Of a stretch of DNA of 43,861 bases, positions 1 to 10,387 are shown piece by piece (position 1 is the stretch's first letter; the number at the start of each line of letters is the position of its first letter). The stretch is from IMG/VR virus record IMGVR_UViG_3300030329_000605, positions 1 to 43,861 of that record; one strand, 5' to 3'. Position numbers and translations under genes: made by a program. The notes beneath the pieces were generated by a model that searched no databases, was not told the origin of the DNA, and worked only from the letters and a program-made list of their open reading frames with translations. This DNA is from a virus. Lineage: Duplodnaviria; Caudoviricetes.

Positions 1-3
1 AAA

Positions 4-275
4 TTAATTAACAAAGAAGGATATTTACAATAATGGGATTAATAAAAGAACCTAATTATAATGTCACAGGTATTGTTGTACCAAAAGATACAACTGCATT
101 TGATACTTCTATAGATGACCCATTTAATTATGATTTTGCTATAAGACGAGCTGAAGAAGAAAAAAGAAAGTATGATGCGATGAAAAGAGCTGAAAGAAAA
201 AAGATGGCTCTTGATAAATTAATGTCTGATGAGTTTAGTGAAACACTTAGAAGATTTTACACAGCGAATCAGACT
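4..275. repeat. 272-bp direct repeat of 43588-43859 (circular assembly overlap, not the physical terminal repeat)
   Basis: Identical sequence at both window ends (offset 43584); it spans the gp15 stop and gp16 start, so it lies inside coding sequence. Confidence 0.93.
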
Positions 276-3200
276 GGACTTGAAGATGATGCTTCAACAA
301 TGTCTAAACAAGAATTAATACATAAATTTTATTCTGATAGAATTTGGAGTGAGTGGAATACTGTTGGTATTGGAAAAGATGTCCAAAATGTTTTAATGAA
401 AGATAAATTATACAAAGGTGATTGGGCTGAGATAACTCAACTTTATGCTGACCTTCCTTATTTTGGAAGAGGTGCAATCCCTTTTTGGAGATGGGCTAAA
501 GATTTTGTTCCCGCTCTTATTGTAGACCCAGTAAACTTATATACTTTAGGTGCAGGAAAAGTAGTGGCTTCAACAGCCGCTAAAACTGCTACTACAGTTG
601 CTAGAACACAATTTGTTAAAGAAGCTCAAAAGAAAGCGGCTATAAGTATAGGTTTAAAAGAAGCGGCGGCAGGAATGGTGATTGGCGGTGGAGCTGATAT
701 TGCTCGTCAAAAAGCTGAAATTGAAGCTAATCTTATGTCCGATTATAATGTTACTCGTTCTATGATTGCCGTATTAGGAAGTGGTGTAGCTCAAGGAACT
801 GTTGGTGCAGGTATGACTTATTGGGGAACTAAAGGAATTGCAGGAAAATTTTATGATAAAGGTGATGGTTTCTTAGGTGATGCGGCTAGAGATTTTGGTA
901 AGGCGGCTAGTAAAAAGCAAAAATCATATTCAGGTAAAACAGGTAAAGTAGTAGAATATGAACCGATTGATATAGGCACAAAAGTAAAAGCGGCAGATAG
1001 AGGTAATTTTGGAACAGTAATATCTATTGTTGATGATGTTGCTAAAGTTTTATTTGTTTCTAAAGATGGAGCTCAAAAAACTAAAATGTTTAAAGTTTCT
1101 GAATTAACTTCTGTTAGTAGAAAGAAAAAAACAAAATTAGAAATGCCTAAAGAAGATATTAAGGTTAAACCAAAGCCTGATGAAACTCCTACAATTAATA
1201 AAAAAATTGATGAATTAGATAGAAGAACTCCTTTTATTAATTTAAGTAAAATTGATGATAAAGGTTTAAGAAATGAAATAGAAAATATCGTACAAAAATT
1301 AGATAAAGATGGTAAACTTAGAAGAACTGAAAGAAAAGGTCTTTTACAAACTATAAAAGAAGAGGGTTTAGATTTATGGAAAAACAGTAAGAAATTTACA
1401 GAAGAATTATTATTAGCTAATAGAGTTGCTCCTCATTTAGCAAAAACTATATTTGCAGGAAGACATAATATATTAGCTATGGCACATAAAATTAGACAAT
1501 TAAGAGTATTAGCTGATGAAGCTGTTACAGTTAAAGAGAAAGAACTTATTAGAAGTAAATTATTAGATGCTGTAAAACAAAAAATGGTTTTAGTTAATCA
1601 ACACATTAAAAATGTAGAAGGTGTGTCTGATGCTTTGAATCAACAAAAATTAATCAATGAATTATCTGATGCAGATAAATTAAGAATTGATACTGATAAT
1701 GCTATTAATGAAGGTTTACCTGCTATTATTGCAAATATAGAAAAATTACCAGTTAATAAACAGTTACAGGCTTTAAAAGTTTTATCTGAAGTAGCGGGTG
1801 GTTCTAATGATTTTGCTATGAGAAAACTTATTAATGGTGTCAATAGAAAAATGAAGAAAAAAGATATAGGTTTCTTTGACGCTTGGAATGAATATGCTAC
1901 TGCTAATTTATTAGGAGATTTAACAACACACGAAGTAAACATTATATCTGCGGCGATTAGATACCAAATGAATTGGGCTGAGACATATTTTTCAGGTATT
2001 TTAAGTGTAAAAGGTGGTGAGTTTAAAAGAGGGTGGAATCAAATACAATTAGCAACTGATTTGTTAGCCGCTCAGTTTAGATTTTTTAATATGGGTTTTA
2101 AAAAAGCGGCACTTGCTTGGAAAAGTAAACAGAATATTGGAGATATTTTAGAACATAAATTAGATGGTACTAAAATGCACAGTATGGAAACTTGGTTAAA
2201 GCAAATGAAAGAAACTGATAGTGCTTGGAAAAATATAGTAGGGCATACAGGAACTCCTTTATCTAGGCTAGTCTATACTACTTTAAGAGCTTTACAAGCA
2301 GGTGATGCTTTTATGAAAAACGTATTTCAAAGAGCGGCAAGAGTAGCTGTAGTAAATCAAAGAATGAGAGCTTCTTATCCTGAATTGTGGAAAAAAAGAA
2401 CTAAGTGGAATAAAGTAAAAGCTATTAGACACGAAGAAAACATAAGAGATTTAAAACAAAACATAAGATGGGAAAGAGCTAAAGATAATGTTAATGAAAA
2501 ATTACTTACAAAATTAAATAAAAAACTTTTAAAGTTAGAAAAAGAAAAAGTAGAATTAACTTCATTTGAACAAAAATGGAAAGAATTATATTTTCAATAT
2601 GAAGATGAATTTGGTAATTTTAGACAAACAAGAACTTTTAATGAAGTTGAAGGTAAAGATTTAGATGAATTATCTAAGTCTGTAGTTAATGACCCAACTT
2701 ATATAGCTAGAATAAGTACCTTTACACAGAATATGAAAAATGAAGCTCTTGACCCTAATCAATTTTTCCCTGACCAAAAACAAAGTCCTCATAACTTAGG
2801 AAACTTTTTATTAAAAACAGCTAATAAAGCTCCCCTTTTAAGAGTATTAACAGGTTTACACTTTCTTAAAACTCCAATAAACTTATTTAAAGATGGTTGG
2901 AAAATGACTCCTGTTTTAAATAAATTGAATATGGAATTTAGAGCGATGACAACTGCGTCTGACCCTATAGTAAGAAGTAAAGCAAGTGGTATAAAAGCAT
3001 TAGGTGCTACTGTTTATGGAGTAGCAACGTATATGGCTATGAATGGTATGATGACAGGTATCAGAGAAAAAGACCATAAAAAAAGATTAGCTTTTGTATT
3101 TACTGATGACAATGGAGATAAAAGATATGTAAGTATGATGAGATTGTTTCCATTAACAATTCCATTTATGGTAACATCTATTATAGCTGAAAAAGTAGAA

Positions 3201-4319
3201 GAATTTGGTGATATGTGGAGTGATAAAACACATAGTTTAGAGCAATCTATGCTTACTGATTTATTTACTCATATATCTAGTACAAGTTTTGCAATATGGT
3301 CTAATGTCTTTTCAAGTCAATTAATGACTCAAGACTTTTTTGAAATGATGGGACACATTATGCAGACAAATGCAACAGAAGAAGAAGCTAATGCTTCTAT
3401 AGATTTCTTTGAAAGATGGTCAGGAAAAACAGGTTCTAAACATATTCCATTAGCGACATTTTGGAGATGGAGTAATAAAGTAATGGCTGAAGGAGAAGCT
3501 CAATTAATTAAATGGCAAGACCATTTTTTAAAATCAAGTCCTTACGCATTTTTACAATGGGCTAATGAAATGATGGGTGGTAACACTCCTATTAAAAACT
3601 TTGGTAATTCTCTATCAAGAAAAAGAGATGCTTTAGGAAATTTCTATCCTAAATCTAAAGGATTAATATTAGGTGATTTACAAGATGTATTTCCAACAAC
3701 TGTTCATTGGAGTGTTAATATGGTGGATAAGAATGGTGAGAAAATTGAATTATCTCTCAGAGCTAAAACAATATTACAAAATTCAAAACTAAATTGGGAA
3801 AGACCCGCATTTACTTTTGATGCAGGTTTTGCTAAAAGATTAAATATGAAGGAACTTATGTTAGTTCCTGTTAATGGAAATTATGTTAAAGAAAATTATA
3901 ATTCAAGTAAAGGTTTATATATTCATTATCCTTACACAGGGAAAGAAAAAACTTTAACATTTAATGAAGGAGCTACATTATATGAAGCTCTACAAGAAGT
4001 AAAAGCTCATATCACATTATTAGATGGTATGACTTTAAATGAGAGATTTCAACACGAATTAGAAAATCCTAATTCTATGTATAATACTTATTATTCTCTC
4101 AATAGAAGAAAATCAGGAAAATATGAAGGTGATACATATTTATTATCTATTATAAGAGAATATGAATCAGCCGCTAAAGAATATATATTTCAAAATGCGT
4201 ATGTAGAATATGGGGGTAGAGTGTCTACTATCAATGATTTGAAAGAATATGTCATATCTCAGGAAGCTGAAGGAGCTGTACCTATTCCTGAAAATCTTAG
4301 AATGATTATACCAAACTAA
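33..4319 (+). CDS. Internal virion protein D (T7 gp16-like position)
   Basis: 1428-aa ORF directly after the gp15-like ORF (TAATG overlap across the circle junction) and before the tail fibre; synteny and size. Confidence 0.72.
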   Translation: MGLIKEPNYNVTGIVVPKDTTAFDTSIDDPFNYDFAIRRAEEEKRKYDAMKRAERKKMALDKLMSDEFSETLRRFYTANQTGLEDDASTMSKQELIHKFYSDRIWSEWNTVGIGKDVQNVLMKDKLYKGDWAEITQLYADLPYFGRGAIPFWRWAKDFVPALIVDPVNLYTLGAGKVVASTAAKTATTVARTQFVKEAQKKAAISIGLKEAAAGMVIGGGADIARQKAEIEANLMSDYNVTRSMIAVLGSGVAQGTVGAGMTYWGTKGIAGKFYDKGDGFLGDAARDFGKAASKKQKSYSGKTGKVVEYEPIDIGTKVKAADRGNFGTVISIVDDVAKVLFVSKDGAQKTKMFKVSELTSVSRKKKTKLEMPKEDIKVKPKPDETPTINKKIDELDRRTPFINLSKIDDKGLRNEIENIVQKLDKDGKLRRTERKGLLQTIKEEGLDLWKNSKKFTEELLLANRVAPHLAKTIFAGRHNILAMAHKIRQLRVLADEAVTVKEKELIRSKLLDAVKQKMVLVNQHIKNVEGVSDALNQQKLINELSDADKLRIDTDNAINEGLPAIIANIEKLPVNKQLQALKVLSEVAGGSNDFAMRKLINGVNRKMKKKDIGFFDAWNEYATANLLGDLTTHEVNIISAAIRYQMNWAETYFSGILSVKGGEFKRGWNQIQLATDLLAAQFRFFNMGFKKAALAWKSKQNIGDILEHKLDGTKMHSMETWLKQMKETDSAWKNIVGHTGTPLSRLVYTTLRALQAGDAFMKNVFQRAARVAVVNQRMRASYPELWKKRTKWNKVKAIRHEENIRDLKQNIRWERAKDNVNEKLLTKLNKKLLKLEKEKVELTSFEQKWKELYFQYEDEFGNFRQTRTFNEVEGKDLDELSKSVVNDPTYIARISTFTQNMKNEALDPNQFFPDQKQSPHNLGNFLLKTANKAPLLRVLTGLHFLKTPINLFKDGWKMTPVLNKLNMEFRAMTTASDPIVRSKASGIKALGATVYGVATYMAMNGMMTGIREKDHKKRLAFVFTDDNGDKRYVSMMRLFPLTIPFMVTSIIAEKVEEFGDMWSDKTHSLEQSMLTDLFTHISSTSFAIWSNVFSSQLMTQDFFEMMGHIMQTNATEEEANASIDFFERWSGKTGSKHIPLATFWRWSNKVMAEGEAQLIKWQDHFLKSSPYAFLQWANEMMGGNTPIKNFGNSLSRKRDALGNFYPKSKGLILGDLQDVFPTTVHWSVNMVDKNGEKIELSLRAKTILQNSKLNWERPAFTFDAGFAKRLNMKELMLVPVNGNYVKENYNSSKGLYIHYPYTGKEKTLTFNEGATLYEALQEVKAHITLLDGMTLNERFQHELENPNSMYNTYYSLNRRKSGKYEGDTYLLSIIREYESAAKEYIFQNAYVEYGGRVSTINDLKEYVISQEAEGAVPIPENLRMIIPN

Positions 4320-4339
4320 TAAAGTACCCCTTTTAGAAG
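4320..4339 (+). promoter_or_regulatory. Putative phage RNAP promoter TAAAGTACCCCTTTTAGAAG (phi17-like position)
   Basis: Intergenic copy of a motif repeated six times, upstream of the tail fibre gene. Confidence 0.8.
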
Positions 4340-4374
4340 AGATAAACGAATAAATACAAGGAATTTAATAAAAT

Positions 4375-6207
4375 ATGGCAAATAGTTTTGTACGATATAC
4401 AGGTAATGGTAGTACATCTTCCTATGCAGTCCCATTTAGTTATAGGGCTCAGGGAGACGTAGCAATAACCATTGATGGTGTCGCTACAACAGCTTTCACT
4501 TGGGACGGAGCAGGAACTAATATTACATTTACAAGTCCACCTGCTGATACATCTTCTATTGAAATTAGAAGAACAACAAGTCAAGCGGCAAGATTAGTAG
4601 ATTATGCTGATGGTTCAGTATTAAAAGAAAATGATTTAGATACTGATAGTCAACAAGGTTTCTTTATGGGTCAAGAAGCCATTGATGATGCGGCAGATAA
4701 GATTAAATTAGATAATGCAGATTTTCAATGGGACGCTCAAAGTAAAAGACTTAAAAATGTAGCTGACCCTACAGGAGCACAAGATGTTGCCACAAAGAAT
4801 TATATAGAGAGCACTTGGTTATCGGCGGCAGATAAAACTACTCTTGAAAATGTTAATAGCAATATATCAGCAATTAATACTGTTAATAGTAACATATCAG
4901 CTATTACAACTAACAATTCAAATTCTACAAATATAAATACTGTAGCTACAAATATTGGCTCAGTTAATACTGTAGCATCTGATATTACAAAAGTTGTAGC
5001 TGTAGCTAATGATTTAGCTGAAGCAGTTTCAGAAGTAGAAACTGTTGCAGATGACTTAAATGAAGCAACATCAGAAATTGATACAGTTGCAAGTTCAATA
5101 ACTAATGTTGATGCGGTTGGTACTAATATTGCAAATGTTAATTCAGTAGCGGGTAACGAAACTAATATTAATGCTGTAAATTCTAACAGTGCAAATATCA
5201 ATACTGTCGCAGGAGCAAATGCAAACATAACTACTGTTGCAGGAGCAAATGCAAATATAACTACACTAGCGGGTATTAATGCTGATATTACAACAGTAGC
5301 AGGTATAAGCTCTAATGTTACTTCAGTAGCAGGTAATGAAACTAATATTAATGCGGTAAATACTAACAGTTCAAATATTAACACTGTTGCGGGTTCAATA
5401 GCTAATGTTAATACAGTAGGTGGAGATATAGCTAATGTTAATACTGTTGCAGGAAATATATCAGGAGTAAACTCTTTTGGTGATAGATATAGAGTATCAA
5501 GTTCAGCTCCCGCAAGTTCACTTGATGTCGGAGATTTATACTTTGATACAACGGCAAATGAATTAAAAGTCTACAAAAGCTCAGGTTGGGCGGCGGCAGG
5601 TTCTACAGTTAATGGAACTTCAGCAAGATTTACTTATACTGCAACGGCGGCTCAAACAACATTTACTGGTGCAGACGTAAACGGGGAGACACTTGCTTAC
5701 GATGCAGGTTACGCTGATGTCTACCTAAATGGTGTAAGATTATCAGGAGCAGATATTACAATTACTTCAGGTACTTCTGTAGTTTTAGCTTCAGGTGCTA
5801 GTGCAGGAGATATTTTAGATATAGTTGCTTATGGAACATTTAATGTTGCGGCAGTAGATGGTTCGGCAATTAATTCAGGAACAATTAATGAAGCAAGATT
5901 ACCTGCTTCAGCTTTAGGTGCAGTTTGGGAAAGTAAAAATGCTGATTTTACAGCAGAAGCAAGAAAAAATTATTTTATAGATACAACAAGCACTGATATT
6001 GATGTAACTTTACCATCAGGAACTATAGGAGATGAAATAAGATTTCTTGATGTAGCGGCTAATCTTAGCACAAATGATTTAACAATATTAAATGGCTCAA
6101 GTAAAATTCAAGGTGCTTCAGCTAATTTAGATGTTACAACTAATAGAGCAGGTTTTGCTTTAGTTTATTATAATTCAACACAAGGGTGGTTATTAAAAGA
6201 TAAATAA
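4375..6207 (+). CDS. Tail fibre protein (T7 gp17-like N-terminal adaptor)
   Basis: N-terminus MANSFVRYTGNG..F..PF.Y..RRTT..RLVDYADGSVL.E.DLD is typical of the gp17 N domain; about 10-aa N/T/V/A/G repeats form a shaft. Confidence 0.88.
   Translation: MANSFVRYTGNGSTSSYAVPFSYRAQGDVAITIDGVATTAFTWDGAGTNITFTSPPADTSSIEIRRTTSQAARLVDYADGSVLKENDLDTDSQQGFFMGQEAIDDAADKIKLDNADFQWDAQSKRLKNVADPTGAQDVATKNYIESTWLSAADKTTLENVNSNISAINTVNSNISAITTNNSNSTNINTVATNIGSVNTVASDITKVVAVANDLAEAVSEVETVADDLNEATSEIDTVASSITNVDAVGTNIANVNSVAGNETNINAVNSNSANINTVAGANANITTVAGANANITTLAGINADITTVAGISSNVTSVAGNETNINAVNTNSSNINTVAGSIANVNTVGGDIANVNTVAGNISGVNSFGDRYRVSSSAPASSLDVGDLYFDTTANELKVYKSSGWAAAGSTVNGTSARFTYTATAAQTTFTGADVNGETLAYDAGYADVYLNGVRLSGADITITSGTSVVLASGASAGDILDIVAYGTFNVAAVDGSAINSGTINEARLPASALGAVWESKNADFTAEARKNYFIDTTSTDIDVTLPSGTIGDEIRFLDVAANLSTNDLTILNGSSKIQGASANLDVTTNRAGFALVYYNSTQGWLLKDK
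4850..5470 (+). repeat. Degenerate 30-nt (10-aa, NINTVAGxxA-type) coding repeats of the fibre shaft
   Basis: e.g. gcaaatatcaatactgtcgcaggagcaaat / gcaaacataactactgttgcaggagcaaat at 5191-5250. Confidence 0.75.
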
Positions 6208-6209
6208 TT

Positions 6210-7811
6210 ATGACAAAATATAGAGATATAAAAGAAGTAGCTTACGATAATATTGTAGATTCGGGTACTGAAGGTACTAAAGTTGCTACAGGCACAACGG
6301 CACAAAGAGGTTCTACACAAGGTCAATTTAGATATAATACTACAACAGGTCTTGCTGAATATTATACAGGTACAATATTTAAAAGTATTGATAGTCCACC
6401 ATCAGTTACAAGTGTATCTCCAACAAATCCAAATGGAAGTGGAGTGACTGTAACTGTAACAGGTACTAATTTTAATACTTTAGGAACTACAGTAGTTAAA
6501 TTTATTGATGGAGCAGGAACAGAATTAACAGGAACAAGTGTAAGTGTAACTAACGATACAACACTTACTGTTGTTACTCCTAGTTTAGTAGGAACTAATG
6601 CTCCTTATGATGTTAAAGTAGAAAACCCATCAGGATTATCAGCTTCAGGTATAGATTTAATTTCAGTAGGTGCATCACCAGTATTTACAACTGCGGCAGA
6701 TACTAATGTTGGTTCAATAGATGAAGGAACTTCCGATTATAGTTCATTTACAACAATGGCGGCAACAGATGCAGATGGTGATACAATTACTTATTCTGCT
6801 ACAGGTTTACCAACTGGGGTCACTATGAACTCATCTACTGCGGTTTTATCAGGAACAGCACCATCAGTCGATACAGATACAAATTATACAATAGCTGTTA
6901 CAGCTACAGATGCTAAACTTAATGCTACATCAAGAAACTTTCTTATGACAGTATCAGATGTTGTTAGAATATCCGCTACAGGTGGGACAATAACAACTGA
7001 TGGAGATTATAAAGTACACACATTTAATAATTCATCTAACTTTGTTGTTTCACAAGTTGGTACAGGAACAGAAAACACTTCAGTGCAATATTTAGTTGTT
7101 GCAGGTGGTGGTGGCGGTGGCGGCGGAAATGCGGCTGACGGAAATCACTGTGCAGGTGGTGGCGGTGGAGCAGGTGGAATGAGATATAATAACACTAATG
7201 ACTTTACAGTTTCGGCATCAACTTATGCTATTACAGTAGGTGGTGGTGGAGCAGGTGGAAACGGACAATCTAAAGGAACAAGCGGAAATACAAGTACATT
7301 TTCTACTATATCATCTTCAGGTGGCGGTGGTGGTGGTTCATCACAATCACAAAACGGAATTAATGGTGGCTCAGGTGGTGGAGCAGGAAATGATTTTACA
7401 TCAGGTGATAATGGTGGAAACGGAAATTCAGGTGGCTATACACCTGCTGAAGGAAATTCAGGTGGTAACACTACTGGCGGCGGTGGAAACGCAGGTTCAG
7501 GTGGTGGTGGAGCACACGGAAATGCAGGTCAAAACGGCACTACCAGTGGTGGCGGAACTGGCGGAAATGGAACAGCAAGTAATATAACTGGCTCATCAGT
7601 CACATATGCAGGTGGTGGCGGTGGTGGAGATTACTCTAATTCATCTTTTGCAGGTGGAAATGGTGGTGGCGGACAAGCGTCTACAAGTCCCCAATCAGGC
7701 ACAGATAATCTTGGCGGCGGCGGCGGCGGAGTTTGTGAACCCGATGGTTCAGCATCTCAAGGCGGTAGCGGCGGTAAAGGTGTAGTTATTTTAAGGTATA
7801 AATTTCAATAG
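6210..7811 (+). CDS. Tail fibre/receptor-binding protein with IPT/Ig-like domains and glycine-rich C-terminal domain
   Basis: PSVTSVSP..VTVTGTNF (IPT/TIG-like), ATDADGDTITYS..LPTG (Ig/cadherin-like), Gly-rich C-terminus ending GGKGVVILRYKFQ. Confidence 0.72.
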   Translation: MTKYRDIKEVAYDNIVDSGTEGTKVATGTTAQRGSTQGQFRYNTTTGLAEYYTGTIFKSIDSPPSVTSVSPTNPNGSGVTVTVTGTNFNTLGTTVVKFIDGAGTELTGTSVSVTNDTTLTVVTPSLVGTNAPYDVKVENPSGLSASGIDLISVGASPVFTTAADTNVGSIDEGTSDYSSFTTMAATDADGDTITYSATGLPTGVTMNSSTAVLSGTAPSVDTDTNYTIAVTATDAKLNATSRNFLMTVSDVVRISATGGTITTDGDYKVHTFNNSSNFVVSQVGTGTENTSVQYLVVAGGGGGGGGNAADGNHCAGGGGGAGGMRYNNTNDFTVSASTYAITVGGGGAGGNGQSKGTSGNTSTFSTISSSGGGGGGSSQSQNGINGGSGGGAGNDFTSGDNGGNGNSGGYTPAEGNSGGNTTGGGGNAGSGGGGAHGNAGQNGTTSGGGTGGNGTASNITGSSVTYAGGGGGGDYSNSSFAGGNGGGGQASTSPQSGTDNLGGGGGGVCEPDGSASQGGSGGKGVVILRYKFQ

Positions 7812-7819
7812 GAGATAAT

Positions 7820-8284
7820 ATGGCATATTTTGCAAAAATTGGAAATAATAATAAAGTTATAGATGTTATAGCTGTTGCAGATAAAGATTGTTTAAAACCA
7901 AATGGAGAACATTCAGAAGAAGTAGGAAGAGTTTTTTGTGAAAGTTTAACTAATCACGCTGAATGGAAACAAACATCTTATAATACAGCTTTAGGAAAAT
8001 ATTATAAAGCAGGAAAAACTGGTGGTAATAAAGAAGAAAATTTACACGAAGACCAGTCTAAAGCATTTAGATATAATTATGCAGGTGTAGGTTATGAATA
8101 TAATGAATTTTATGATGCTTTTATAGAACCAAAACCTTACCCATCTTGGGTATTAGACAAAAATACAATGAGTTGGAAAGCTCCTGTAGATATGCCTAAT
8201 GATGAATATTTTTATATTTGGAGAGAAGCTACGGAAAGTTGGGAAAAAGGAGATTTAAGACCTAACCAACCACCTTTACTTTAA
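7820..8284 (+). CDS. Hypothetical phage protein, tail-fibre associated
   Basis: RBS aggag; MAYFAKI..WKQTSYN..RYNYAG.G..Y...DAFI.PKPYPSW.L motif seen after Gly-rich fibres in marine phages. Confidence 0.65.
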   Translation: MAYFAKIGNNNKVIDVIAVADKDCLKPNGEHSEEVGRVFCESLTNHAEWKQTSYNTALGKYYKAGKTGGNKEENLHEDQSKAFRYNYAGVGYEYNEFYDAFIEPKPYPSWVLDKNTMSWKAPVDMPNDEYFYIWREATESWEKGDLRPNQPPLL

Positions 8285-8286
8285 TA

Positions 8287-8892
8287 ATGTTAAAAGAGCA
8301 CAATATTAACAAATTAAATAATTTTATATCAGGATATTATACAGACAAAAAAGTATGTGATAATTTAATTACATATTTTGAAAAATCAAATAATAAAAAA
8401 GATGGTGTATTACTTTCTGCATACGGAAAGTATGTAGTCAATAAAGATAAAAAAGCATCTACTGATTTAGGTTGTAGAGTTACTGATAATAATAAAGACA
8501 TACAAAATTATTTATCACAATTAAATTTAGCATTAGAAGCCTACAAAAAACAATATCCATATTGTGATAAACAACAGGATAAATGGGCTATTTGTGAAGA
8601 TTTTAATATTCAAAAATATAAACCTTCTGAAAGTTATTCTCAATGGCATTGTGAAATGTCAGGGATTCCAAGTATTTATAGACATTTAACTTTTATGACA
8701 TATCTTAATGATGTTAAAAAAGGTGGTGAAACTGAGTGGTTTCATCAAAAATTAAAAATAAAACCTGAAAAAGGTTTAACTGTTATTTGGGGAACTAATT
8801 GGCAAACGATTCATAGAGGTGTCCCCGCACTAAAAGAAACAAAATATATAGCTACAGGTTGGTATGGTTATATACCTTATACTGTTAATTAA
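8287..8892 (+). CDS. 2OG-Fe(II) oxygenase superfamily protein
   Basis: WHCE (HxD/E), MTYLNDVKKGGETEW, HRG..KYIATGW motifs. Confidence 0.88.
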   Translation: MLKEHNINKLNNFISGYYTDKKVCDNLITYFEKSNNKKDGVLLSAYGKYVVNKDKKASTDLGCRVTDNNKDIQNYLSQLNLALEAYKKQYPYCDKQQDKWAICEDFNIQKYKPSESYSQWHCEMSGIPSIYRHLTFMTYLNDVKKGGETEWFHQKLKIKPEKGLTVIWGTNWQTIHRGVPALKETKYIATGWYGYIPYTVN

Positions 8893-8914
8893 TATAGGAG
8901 AAATATAAATAAAA

Positions 8915-9232
8915 ATGACAAAAGCAAGAGACTTAGCTGATATAGTCAGTAATTTAAGTGCAAATGCAGGTAAAGCAGTTGTAGTTAAATCAGATGGAAC
9001 AGAATTAACATTTGGAGACGCAGGGTCTTCAGATATTTACGGATTTGTAAAAACGAATGGTACAGGTACACAAAAAGAAGACCTTATCCTTCATTATACA
9101 AATGGTGCAGACGATTTGTCTGTAGCAACAAATGATGGAACTCAATCAAATTTATATGATGAAAGTTTTGTCGCAAAAAGAGGACTTACGTTTACAGTAA
9201 ACGCTGATGGCGAACTGACAACTACAGTCTAA
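8915..9232 (+). CDS. Small tail-fibre-associated protein
   Basis: MTKARDLAD N-terminus, located in the fibre cluster. Confidence 0.55.
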   Translation: MTKARDLADIVSNLSANAGKAVVVKSDGTELTFGDAGSSDIYGFVKTNGTGTQKEDLILHYTNGADDLSVATNDGTQSNLYDESFVAKRGLTFTVNADGELTTTV

Positions 9233-9261
9233 TCAATAATAAATAAATAGGAGAAAAAATA

Positions 9262-10080
9262 ATGGCAACATTAAATTTAGGTAGAATCAAGCCAGTATTC
9301 AGAGGAGCATACGCAGGTGGAACTGCTTATGTCGTTGATGACATTGTAACGTCAGGAAACGAAACTTTCATTTGTATACTTGCTTCAACTGGTAACGCAA
9401 CGTCTAATGCTACCTATTGGACAAAGTTAGCGGCTAAAGGAACAGATGGAACTGATGTAGGTACTACAATTACTACACAAGGTGACATTTTATATAGAGA
9501 TGGAAGTGGATTACAAAGATTAGCAAAGGGTACAGCAGGTCAAGTTCTTCAAATTAATACAGGAGCAACTGCTCCAGAATGGGCTGATAGTTCTGGTGGA
9601 GTAATTTCAACAGGTGGATTTTCAGCAGGACAAAATATATTTACTCACTCGTGGTCAGACCAAACTTCTACAAGCACTGCTTGGACAAGTAGTACATTAA
9701 TTACAGGAAGTGAATGGGATTTAGGTAGTTCACTTACTGCTGATAAAACTTGTATTTTTACTTATAGTGTTACTGCATTTGAACAAGATTGGAATCACAC
9801 ATTTGTAAGAGCAGAATATTCTATAGATGATGGAAGTAATTATGTTCAATTTAATAGTACAGAAGATATACATGATATGTGGTTTAAACCATCTAGTTCT
9901 ACAGGAAGTAATTATCAATCTATCAGGTCAAGAACCTATATACAGGCATTTACTTCGGGTCAAACACCTAGATTTAGGTTGGTTGGTGGAAGACATGGAA
10001 GTTCAAATAATTTAAAAGTTAATTACGACAAAGGTGATGATGGAACTGTAAAAAGTTACATGACAGCTTGGTTTATATAA
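9262..10080 (+). CDS. Tail fibre protein
   Basis: RBS aggag; MATLNLGRIKPVFRGAY..TTQGDILYRDGSGLQRLAKGTAGQVL fibre motifs. Confidence 0.72.
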   Translation: MATLNLGRIKPVFRGAYAGGTAYVVDDIVTSGNETFICILASTGNATSNATYWTKLAAKGTDGTDVGTTITTQGDILYRDGSGLQRLAKGTAGQVLQINTGATAPEWADSSGGVISTGGFSAGQNIFTHSWSDQTSTSTAWTSSTLITGSEWDLGSSLTADKTCIFTYSVTAFEQDWNHTFVRAEYSIDDGSNYVQFNSTEDIHDMWFKPSSSTGSNYQSIRSRTYIQAFTSGQTPRFRLVGGRHGSSNNLKVNYDKGDDGTVKSYMTAWFI

Positions 10081-10089
10081 GGAGATAAT

Positions 10090-10362
10090 ATGAAAACATT
10101 TTTAGATAATGGAATAAATAAATTAGGTACTTGGAATTATCAAATAGAAGATGAAGATTTAAGTAAAATTAAATTTTTTGATAATGATGGTAATGAAATT
10201 GCAAAACCATCTGACTTTCCAACTGATGAGCAGATTAAAACTGCACAAGCAGAAGAACAAGCTAGATTAGATAATTTACCTAATGTTAAAGCCAGTGCTA
10301 AAGCAAAGTTAATTGCAGGTGAAGCATTAACTGAAGCTGAAGCTGATACAATAGTATTGTAA
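10090..10362 (+). CDS. Putative tail fibre assembly/chaperone protein
   Basis: RBS aaggag; small ORF after the fibre, PTDEQI..KASAKAKL..LTEAEA motif. Confidence 0.5.
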   Translation: MKTFLDNGINKLGTWNYQIEDEDLSKIKFFDNDGNEIAKPSDFPTDEQIKTAQAEEQARLDNLPNVKASAKAKLIAGEALTEAEADTIVL

Positions 10363-10387
10363 TAATTAAACAAGGAGTAACAACAAG

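Noticed and set aside
7240-7587. Alternative-frame + ORF inside the Gly-rich fibre (also 9827-10015)
   Set aside because: By-product of GGT/GGA codon runs or nested in a confident gene; no independent RBS or motif
7713-7730. (GGC)n microsatellite
   Set aside because: Poly-Gly codons in the glycine-rich fibre domain; in-frame and unremarkable
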